A DNA stretch of 64,000 bases from Felis catus (Eukaryota): assembly GCF_018350175.1 (NCBI RefSeq), contig NC_058368.1, positions 4,154,001 through 4,218,000 on the forward strand. Reading direction: 5' to 3'. The position numbers and the translations under genes are program-made. Below the pieces are notes generated by a model. The model had not been told where the DNA came from and ran no database searches. It was given only the letters and a program-made list of their open reading frames with translations. Numbering within the stretch: the stretch's first letter is position 1; every line of letters starts with the position of its first letter. Below, in pieces: positions 40,340-50,179 of this stretch.

Positions 40340-40712
40340 GTTCAGCGAGATGAAAGGGATCAAGCAGAACCCGCTGGCAGTAGGCAAAGCCTCCAACACA
40401 CAATCCACAACACGGCTTGGGAACCGAAAAGGCTACGGATCCAGCCACTCAGCTCAAGCTTAGGAGAGCCACGGGTATCGCCTGGTTGCAAAGGGGAAGG
40501 GGGAAGAAAAGAGAGAGAGAGAGAGGAAAACAACGTGATCCGTGTGAAACAAAAGAATTTGTGGACGAGGAGGGGAGGGCAACTACCTGCGGAAAGGGAA
40601 CTTTCTTGATATCCATGCATATATATAAACTTAGCCCTGCCTTTGATGTTCTGCAACTGATCGCCGATCAGATTACGGCATTTCATCTCCCTGCTCGTCT
40701 GCCTTTGATCTG
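40340..40712 (+). promoter_or_regulatory. Distal TNFRSF19 promoter: TATA box with TCF/LEF sites
   Basis: TATAAA 40624-40629; CCTTTGAT 40640-40647; CCTTTGATC 40702-40710; kB-like GGGAACTTTC 40596-40605. TNFRSF19 is an established Wnt/beta-catenin target. Confidence 0.7.
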
Positions 40713-40835
40713 CATGGTTAATTTTATTTTCCTGGATTTGAAGTTTCGTCCGGGCTTGTGCTGACATACATTTTTGGGAAGGTAGCAGCACTTGGCACAG
40801 AAATGCTGCCACGGAGAAACTGAGTTGCCGAAAGG
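40650..40835 (+). other. TNFRSF19: TNFRSF19 distal alternative non-coding first exon (5' end approximate)
   Basis: Strong donor AGG|gtgagt at 40836 and TATAAA at 40624-40629. The 3' part (GGGAAGGTAGCAGCACTTGGCACAGAAATGCTGCC...GAGAAACTGAGTTGC) resembles a TNFRSF19 mRNA leader as I recall it. Confidence 0.75.
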
Positions 40836-41761
40836 GTGAGTCCTGGAAAGAGTTCAGCACGTTTGCAGGTACAAATTTTATGTTTTGTCGTAGCTTTCAC
40901 TTCACTTTTCCTGTGTGCTCTAAGGAAACGACGGCTTCAGTCAATTAAAAGCGGGCATTTCTCTGCTTGAATACCACATTGTGTTTCCTGGGTGTATCAG
41001 AGTAACTATGATTCTCCATGCCGTTTTTAGAGGTGATACAAAAGGGTTGGCAATGGGTCGTGCAAACTGCACTTGGAAATGAGTTGTTCAAACAGGAGAA
41101 AACAGAGCGCTAACTTTAGCATACAACCCGCCTTCGGAGCCTGAGATCTGTAAGCTGTAATTGCGTTGAGTGTTTACAGGTTACTTTATTTAGTAAACAG
41201 GCCGAAGAACTTTGCTAGACGCCCCAAGGCTTTCCTTATTTTCTTACCTAAAAGAGTATACTGCACCTTTGGCAAGACTGTTCCTTAGTTTATTTATTCT
41301 CTCACCTCCAAGACGTAAACCCATCAACTACATTTCCTTATGCAGTTTGCATCCTCAAGGGAATCACTGAAAAGGCATTCAAGTACGATTAAAGCCTTTT
41401 GGGTGTAAAAATGAAGGACTTTTAAACCAGAGAGGGTAAAGCTGTGCCAAGTTTTGTCTAAAAAACTCTCTAGTGATTTTCTGTAACCTTTGGAAATAGC
41501 ACAAGCCTTGTTTACAGAAACGTTCCCGCCGTTGGTATTCCTAAATTAACATTTACTTTAAATTTATAGTGACAGCTGTTGCCAGTTAAAAGTTGCCAAC
41601 TGTTTATGAAAACTATCTGAGTAATCAACAGTTGCCATGCTCCACACAGGTTTTAGTCAAATTCTCACTTTGGTTTATACTCCACTTGGCAAACCCAAAA
41701 CATATCTTGCAGTGGGTGCCAAATTTGAAAGTTAACTGTTGTTTTTTGTCAGTTCACTGAT

Positions 41762-41803
41762 CACACACACACACACACACACACGCACAACTCGCACACA
41801 CAC
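41762..41803 (+). repeat. (CA)n microsatellite
   Basis: Read directly. Confidence 0.9.
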
Positions 41804-43357
41804 AGAGAACTCTTTACATGGAGAGGCAAGATTTTAATACAGTGCAAAAGAGTCTGTGTTCACATTAGTTCACTTTAGTGTTCTAGTCTTTATTTGGGTA
41901 AAATAATTATCATCACAATGGCATATTTTATGCTAGCTGAACCACAAAGAAATTATAAGTGATAAGATTAGTTGTCCTTTAGTTTGAAATTCTGATGAAA
42001 CAGGAAAGGTCTAATGAGCCTCATTTCATATGTAATTAATTTTTCAGAGCCAATTAATTTAATTACTTTCTAAACTTTCCTCCAGATATTAGAAGGAGGG
42101 TAATTAGCACTGTTTGTTTAATTTTAAAACTGTGATAACTGTTAAGAGGATATTATTTAAAACCATACTAAGCTGACTATATTTTAGAGATGTGTCGGTA
42201 AGAATTTAATCTAAGAGATTTAACTGTTGTTTTTTAGTCACGACGCCAGGAGAGGCATTTAAATTTTTGTTCTGCTGACAGTGTAACAAAGCCAGTTCAA
42301 AATATCCTGGGGTATCAGTTTAGGTCGATTCTTTCAATTGTTTGCTGAAAAAAATCCTCTTTAAATTACAAAAGCAGTATTCATGTTCACATTCCAATAA
42401 AGAAAATTAAGCTTTTAAAGTAACCAGTGGAGAAGATGCCTGAAGAAATAACACGCCGAGGAACTTGATCATTTGGTTTACATTTGGGATTTATAAAATT
42501 TCTTAAATGATTGCTTATTCTGCTACTAGGTTCATTTTAACAGATACAAACACTCCTCAGCACTAAACAAAAGGGAGAATCAGCAATTATCTGATTAATT
42601 TCGGCTTTGTAGAAAACTAGCTTGGGCAAGTCAAGTCCTTGAAAATCCACTTCAGTGTCTGCATTAATTCAGTTAATTGTTTACTTCTTGGGTCCTGGTT
42701 GAGAAATGAAACAGATTGTATTTGATTTTAAAAGGAAGATGGCTATCGCTGAGCTGCAGGTATGGCATTTCTTAATTAATTGCCACATGATGATCTCAAT
42801 CGTGACTTAAGTAGCCCTGATCCATAATACTTCCATGAACGACACCCTTGTATCGCATTTTTTTCAAAGCACTCTCCTATCTATCGCTTCAATGGCAGCG
42901 TTGTTACTGTAGAAGGACCAAGTCTTCAAAAGACTTTTCGGGTCCTGATTCGCTATGTGACCTTAAGAGAGTCACTTCACTACTTGTTTTTCTCCTGTGT
43001 TAAATGAGGGAGTTGACTATCTCGTTGTGAAATAAGCCGGTGGAATTTTTATAGCCATTTTGCAGAGGAGCAGACTGAGATTAGAGAAAAGTTAACTTGA
43101 CTCTCCTAACCAAGGTCACATGGCTGGTTTTTCAAGTCCTAATCCAGTGTTCTCTCTATTTCACCACGCATCGTCTATTTTCTAACAACTGCACAACAAA
43201 TTCAATGCACTATGTAGCTGAACAGAGAACAATGTTAGTCTGAAAGATAAAGAGTAAGATAGCCACTTCCTAATGGAGTATATATTTTTGTTTCCTCAAT
43301 AGATGTCAGTTAGCTGGATTAGTCTGGTTATGTTCTACCTGTTCCTTTTGCTTCTGT

Positions 43358-43844
43358 ATTTTTTTTTAACTTTTTTTTTTATTTATTTTTGAGACAGGGA
43401 GAGACAGAGCATGAACAGGGGAGGGTCAGAGAGAGGGAGACACAGAATCTGAAACAGGCTCCAGGGCTCCGAGCTGTCAGCACAGAGCCCGATGCAGGGC
43501 TCGAACTCAGGGACCGCGAGATCATGACCTGAGCCGAAGTCGGACGCTTAACCGACTGAGCCACCCAGGCGCCCCTGCTTCTGTATTTCTAAGCAGTCTG
43601 AACACATGCTGGACCATAACGTTTAAGATGATTTTTTTTTTTTTTTTTTGAGAGAGAGAGAGCGAGAGAGCGCACACTCAGGCAGGGGAGGGGCAGAGGG
43701 ACAGGGAGAGAGAGCATCTTAAGAGAGAGAATCTCCATGCCCAGCAAAGAGCCTGACGCAGGGCTCAATCTCACCACCGTGAGATCACGACCTGAGCGAA
43801 ATCAAGAGTCAGACATGTAACCTCCTAAGCCCCCCAGGTGCCCC
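43358..43844 (-). mobile_element. Two tandem minus-strand Can-SINEs (43358-43575 and 43632-43844)
   Basis: The first has TSD TGCTTCTGTATTT; both end in CCAGG(C/T)GCCCC. Confidence 0.92.
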
Positions 43845-44689
43845 TAAAATAATTTTTACCAAAAGTCGAAGTCTCAGCGCAATGTGCAATTCTATATATT
43901 TGTGTGAGTCTGCCTGTGTATGTGTGCATATACAAGTTGGGCATCATATAAGTAAATCTTTATGTGTTTTCCAGGAATTCATATTTTCCGAGAAGATGTC
44001 CCTGAAAAGTTTAATAGTGAATGAAATGTCGTTATTCATTGAGGGAGATTCCCTGTGGGATTTTTGTGAGATTTTACTTTGCAAATTTCATATGGCTTGT
44101 ACATGATCTGTGTTCCATGCCACATTTGATTACATTAAGAATCCTTGAACAAGTTTTCTTTAACTCTTTCTGTTCCTTTTTTCCCTCGAGAAAGAAACAT
44201 TTCTTGCGAATAAATTAAACTTATTGATTGACTATAAAGCTTGAACGTAGATACTGCTCTTAAGGCCAAATAGCCATCCCCAAGTCTTCTCATCCTCCTA
44301 AAGTTTTCATATAAAACTTTACAGATTATTATTCCATAACAGTCACTAATATTTCTTAATTCACTAATTATTAATTAATGCACTGATACATATTGAGGAC
44401 TTGTGTGCCAGGCACTCTCACAGTGTTTTTTCAAACACTCTCTCATTTAAATTTATAATTGTCTCCTTCGTGGTACAGATGAGGAGAGTGAGTCTCAGAG
44501 AGACTCATAGACAACATGTGCGAGATCACAAGGATAATTAAGTGGCAGCACTTGAGCGTATCTGATTTCAGACCCTGGGTTCTTTTGTTCTAGGGCTAGA
44601 CCGTTAATTGTTTCCATCACAAGAATTATATAGAGCCAACTTGATTTTGCCCAAAAAACAGGTTCTGTAGTTTACTTTCTTTTGATATA

Positions 44690-44915
44690 TTTTATTTTAT
44701 TTTATTTTTAAATGTTTTTATTTATTTTTGAGACAGAGAGAGACAGAGCGTGAGCAGGGGAGGGGAAGAGAGAGAGGGAGACACAGAATCTGAAGCAGGC
44801 TCCAGGCTCTGAGCTGTCAGCACAGAGCCCGACGCGGGGCTTGAACTCACAGACCATGAGATCACGACCTGAGCCGAAGTCGGATGCTCAACCGACTGAG
44901 CCACCCAGGCGCCCC
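44690..44915 (-). mobile_element. Can-SINE with TSD
   Basis: TSD TCTTTTTGATATATTT. Confidence 0.94.
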
Positions 44916-45330
44916 TCTTTTGATATATTTTATAAGAGCTATTAGAAATTTTTGATAGAGCTTTCCATCAGTTAGCCTAGAATCCATAGCTATAAAGGAT
45001 CTCAAGACATAAACCATTCTTCCTCTGCTTCACTAGACAGGACTCAGACATCTGCCACCTGCTTGGTCAGACTCTCTTCTCTGTGATGGCAGAGACAGTC
45101 CAAGTCGCCCTGGAGAAATTAATAATTTGGTGCCCCCTTGAGAGGATGATGCTTTATCATTTTGTCAGCCCAATTTAGAAAACGGGCCCTGAAAAGGAGG
45201 GCAGGGGAGGCTCCCTGGTGGCGGTGCTTCATTTCCCCTCTTCTGTCACTCGCCATTCAGTGTCGGCCCCTGAATTGTTCCTCAAACCCACCCACTGGCT
45301 GGAATCACCACTGAGAAGTTACCAAGTCTC

Positions 45331-45548
45331 CCATCCTTAGACTGACAGGTGGTTTCACAGCATCCAGGGTGAGTTCAGTTTGCTCTTTGATGAAAAAAGG
45401 GAGGGAGAGGTGAGATGGGCGGGTGGGGCTTTCCAGCAACTTTATCAAACCATTCCTTCCAGCATAAACCACCCTCTGCGAGAGGCGTGCTGATAAGTAC
45501 AGCTTTCTGCATCCTGCTAAATGTCCCCATTCTTGGGCTGTTCCCAGC
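45331..45548 (+). repeat. Left arm of a ~200-bp inverted duplication (partner 47861-48055)
   Basis: Hand alignment to the reverse complement of 47861-48055: 57/66 and 68/78 identity in two ungapped blocks. Confidence 0.92.
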
Positions 45549-47860
45549 AAGCCCGGTCTTTCATTCAGCCACATGCGGAGGAGACTGCCATATTTATCAG
45601 GAAAGAGAGGAGGAGGGCCCAGGGCCATTTCTTTTCTCATTAAACACATGACAAGTCTAGCCAACGGGGGATGCCATAAATTCACAAAGATCACTGCAGC
45701 TGCTATTCACTCATAACAGCTTTGCTCTAAATAACCTCGTTGGCCTTTGCACGTATATTGGCTCATGTAGTGGTATGGTGAACATTATGTTAAGACTCAG
45801 GGGGCCTGGGTTCTGACTCCAGCTTTATTATGAACTTGGTGTGTGACCTTGAGCAAGTCACAGCATGTCTGGCCCCAACCCGGCACTCGTCATCCGGGAT
45901 TGGCGGCAATGGGTGTTGCGAGTTACTTAAGTAGCTGCATCTTGGTTATTTTTTCCCTCATTTTCTTAACTATATTTGACAAACTTTATTCATCTTTGAG
46001 ATCGTCACTCCCACTTGTTAACTCATTCAACAAATGTTAATGAGTACCTACTATGTGCCAGGCACTGTAAATTAAATTCCACTGGCAGACAAAATTCAGT
46101 ACCTTCATGTGGCCTGCATCCTGTTGCCTTTTCCCAAGGACTAGTGATCTACACTAGAAATTACTAGGAAGTCAAACAATTTTCCTTGAACTTTGCTTTT
46201 AGTGAGCTGGCTGGTCACTAAAACTAATTTTTTTTTTAAAGTTTGTTACTTCACTAGTTTAAGGGGGGGGGGGGCGGGGCAGGGAATAGCTTCTTGTCTT
46301 CCAGCATCTGAATGAGTGTGGTAAAGTGGGCAGTATTTACTGAACTTAACCAGCCTCTTCTTTAAGGATAAGATGCGTGCAATAGCTAGAGTGCAGAATT
46401 CCAGTACTCTTTGCCCCCACTGTCCAATATCATTTCAATTATCATTTATTTACTGCTGCTAGGCTTTGGATGCCCTACAATAGATATCCTGCCATCGTAA
46501 TAATGGCTGCCACTTAGTGAGCATTTACTCTGTGTCAGGCATGGAGCTGAGTGCTTTAAATGCCTTGTTTTATTGAGCAACCACCGATGAGACAAATTTT
46601 ACAGATGAGAAAAAAAAAAAGGAAATTTAAGGAGGCTAAGTTCCTTTTCCCAGGATATGCAATAGTGGATGGCAAGTTGGCATCCAAGACCAGATAATCG
46701 GATGCCAAGGCCGATGCATGTCAAAAATAATGTCTCTCTCTATAGTGAACTAATAGGCTAACCGGGCAGATCAATCATACACACATGAAATGACGCAAGA
46801 ACTAATGGGCTAAATAATGTCTTACTGTCTCCAAGTACAAAAGGAGGCCAGAGAACAAAAGAGCTTTTAGCTGAAGTCACAGAGGTAGTTCTCAAGTTGG
46901 CAGATTAAATTCCACGGAGAAAACATTTATTGAACATTTGCTTGGATGTTTGATATTATCAGAGATACAAGTTTGAACAAAATACACCCCTTCTCTGTAA
47001 GCATTTTTAACTCCTTAAGGCAGAAAGCTAAGTAAGTCCCACTTGGATGCAAGTGCTATCATTGTAGGAAGCCCACGAATCTTGGATAGACTCGTGAGAG
47101 CTGTGGCTTTCCAGCTGGTTCTGAGATACAAGTCAGGTGTAAGTGAGGAGTCAGAGCAGTAAAGGGGAATCGGTGAGTATTAAGAGGAAGAGAAGGGGAA
47201 GTTCGGGGCACATTTGAGGCAAGGCGAGCCGACCAGTTTGGCCAGAACAGAAAGTGTGTGGTCTAGAGGAGAGAAAGATAAGGCTGAAAATGTGGGCAGA
47301 GCCCCAAACACGGCAATCTTTGAATGCTAATTTAAGGAGCCGGAAAGCCGGTCTTAACAATGAGGAGCCTCTCGTAAACCTTTTAATTAGACACTGCCAG
47401 TGATGAAAGGCGGGAGGAAGCAGACCGCTCGCTGGACAGACCAGCGGAGAGAAAGGTTGACTGCGGCAATATCCCGGGGCAAGGTGGGGAGGGCCTGTAC
47501 CTTGGTGGAGTTAGTGGGACAAAGGGTTTTCCCTTCCTCTTTTTAGAGGAAGAAAGGGTGACTGTGTGAGACCTCACAAAGGAAGAGGCAACAATTCAGC
47601 CTCACCAAGACGCTGAGTGCTCTAGGTGCCAGACCCGGGGACGTTAAGGAAGTAACACGTGCCCTCCAGGTGATTCAAGTCCAGGTAGGGAAAGGAGCGC
47701 AATCAAACAGGTGACTTCGGTATAACACGCACAGGAGTGCAGTCGTGTAGTTGCGCCAGGCGACGGCACAGATGGGCTGCGAGGCTCTCTTCCTATCTCC
47801 CGATAAATGCGGCAGACTGCTCTGCATGAAACTTCCCTGAGAAGCAGCACATGATGCTAG

Positions 47861-48055
47861 GCTAGGGCTGCCCGAGCCCGGGGACGTTTAGGAAGATGCA
47901 GAAAGCTGCACGTATCAGAACTCCTCTCACAGAGAGTGGTTTGTGCTGGAAGGAATGAATGGCTGCAAAGCCGAACCGTCCCCCCCCCCTTTTCATCAAA
48001 GAGCAAATTGACCTCACTGTGGATGGTGTGAAACCACTTCTCCATCTAAGGATGG
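47861..48055 (-). repeat. Right arm of the inverted duplication (partner 45331-45548)
   Basis: Same alignment. The ORF track also shows similar peptides from the two arms (HSFQHKP..RGVLI..AFCI.LNVP.LG). Confidence 0.92.
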
Positions 48056-49320
48056 AAGTCTTGCCGTGACGTTCAAATAAGATGGTGCATATCATTTGTA
48101 AGTTATTTACAAAGTTGATGTTGGGGTCTGTATTCAGACTGGGTTAGATTTGAAGTAGGTCATCTTGAGGTGTGACCCTTGGGAATGCTTTTGAATGTAC
48201 TTTTCACAAGCACCTGGCCTAGCACTATGGTGTGCTCAAGGCCTCAAGATGTACTATCAGAAATTAACTAGAACAACTCATTCATTTATTCATCAACAAA
48301 CATTTATCGAGGGGCTACTATGGGCTTTAAGGTATCGTAAAGAAACACAGGCTCTGGTTCCATCCAAAGAGTGGTGTCGTTGTGTCAGGAAAACAAAACC
48401 AACAGACAAGCGGTGGATGCCTCTTTTTACCAAAGTCATGAACACACAAAGTCATGTGTTTGAAGGAAATTTCCCCTTTTATTTACCCGCTGGCCAGATG
48501 AAACAATAGCTGCTTACATTTCTATGGCATTCTACTGCCGAAAAAGTATTTTTTAGGTACCTCATTCTTTTACTCCTTCCAACAAATTTGCAAACCGGGC
48601 ACCGTTAGCTCCGTTTGATAAGTGCATAAACTCAAGTGCATAAGTTTCAACACCTTCCACAAAATACTTTGTTAAGGTGTGGAGCCAGCACTCTGTGCTC
48701 CCCCACATGGCCAGCGGCTTCCAGGTTATGGAGCGACCTTAACGGTTGGATTGGGCTAGTGCTGGCTTGGAGGAGGGGGACCCAAGCGTAGGTACAAGGA
48801 TTCACCTCGTTAACTGATCCTTAGAGGTTTCTGGCCAAGGTGGGGGAGGGGGCGCCTTGGGTGAGTATCTGCTGGAAAAATGTATCAGTGAATGAATGAG
48901 ACGATTATTGACGAGCCAGGTCATCATGATTTTGATCGACCAGAGCAAACGTGCCACATCGTTTTCTGAGGGGGGGGAGGGGTGTTTCCTGCTACGCAGA
49001 AGCAGGTGCTGGGTAGAATGCGACCAGGCAAGGGAAAGGTCCTGAGAAAATACGTCTAGAGTACAAACGGCGGCTCTCTCCCTTCGCCAAAGGCAGTTCC
49101 CCTCACACAGCCAAGCTTTTGCTGGTCTCGGGGCCCCGCTCTCCCCCCACCTCCCCCACCCCCGGCCCCTTAGCCTGCGGGACGCATTCGCCAGCTCCCG
49201 CAGCCTCAGGGGTCAAGCCTTCTGCGCCTCTGACCTCGGCTCGGCAGTGGGAGGGGAGCCGGGGTTGAGCACAGCTGGGGCGGCCCAGGGCCGGAGGCGG
49301 GGCGAGGGGACGGGAGGGGC

Positions 49321-49457
49321 CCTGGGTGGGCGGGGCCGGCCCTGGGTGGGCGGGGCCGGCCCTGGGTGGGCGGGGCCGGCCCTGGGTGGGCGGGGCCGGC
49401 CCTGGGTGGGCGGGGCCGGCCCTGGGTGGGCGGGGCCGGCCCTGGGTGGGCGGGGCC
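49321..49457 (+). repeat. 20-bp minisatellite (CCTGGGTGGGCGGGGCCGGC), 6 perfect copies plus a 17-nt partial copy
   Basis: Read directly from the sequence; identical units at 49321, 49341, 49361, 49381, 49401, 49421 and partial at 49441. Confidence 0.98.
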
Positions 49458-49459
49458 CG

Positions 49460-49676
49460 GGAGGCGGCTGCCGTTGCCGGGCTACCGGAGAGCGCGCAGC
49501 CCGCGGCGCAGGGAAGCGTCCGGCTCGCGCGCGAAGAGGACCCCCCCAGACCCGCCTGCGCGCCCGGTACCCTGCACCCGGCCCTTTCCGCGCGCCCCTT
49601 TGGCCGCAAGCCCGCCTGGACCTGCAGGGCGCGACGGGGAGCGGCGGCCGGCGAAGCCTCCCGGGTCACTGGGAAG
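49460..49676 (+). other. TNFRSF19: TNFRSF19 proximal (CpG-island) alternative non-coding first exon (5' end approximate)
   Basis: Donor AAG|gtaggt at 49677 inside the CpG island, just downstream of the GC-box array. No ATG in the exon. The end (TGGACCTGCAG...GCCTCCCGGGTCACTGGGAAG) resembles the other TNFRSF19 leader as I recall it. Confidence 0.75.
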
Positions 49677-50133
49677 GTAGGTGCCCGGCTCCGCCGGGGG
49701 CCGCGCGGAGGTCCCTCGCCCGCGCCCCCGCCCCCGCCCCGGGTGGGTCCCCGAGGCTCGGCAGCGGGGAGGAGGCGGCTGCCTGAGGCGAGGGTCGCCG
49801 GCGAGGGCTGCTCCCGCGCAGCAGAGGGGGGCGGGCGGACCGAGCCGGGCGAAGGTGACCCCCGGGCGGGGTGACAGCCAGGGGAGGAGGGAGGACGCTC
49901 TGCAGATGCCGGAGCTTTGGTCGCGGCCGCGAGGGGGACGCGGGAAAGCGAACGCCTCCGGGTCTCCGCCGGCGGTGGGAGCGGCGGGACTGGGTCCTAA
50001 CATCCAGGGATCTTGGAAATGGGAAACGGCTTGTGAGGCAGACGTGTGCGCGCGTGTAGATGAACCTGCGGGAGGCTGAAGCCCGGCACGGAAAGGTGGC
50101 GCTGCAGCGTGTGCCCCGGGCACCTCGCAGCCG

Positions 50134-50179
50134 CGCGGCGCCCCTGCGTGGACGCGGCGCCCCTGCGTGGACGCGGCGC
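50134..50179 (+). repeat. 19-bp tandem duplication (CGCGGCGCCCCTGCGTGGA x2.4)
   Basis: Identical units at 50134 and 50153, partial at 50172. Confidence 0.9.

Noticed and set aside
40034..40860. Cluster of 115-166 aa ORFs over the distal promoter
   Set aside because: Mostly non-ATG starts, no homology recognised; better explained as promoter and 5'UTR sequence.
49321..49457. Regularly spaced repeats superficially like a CRISPR array
   Set aside because: Head-to-tail units with no unique spacers, in a mammalian genome.
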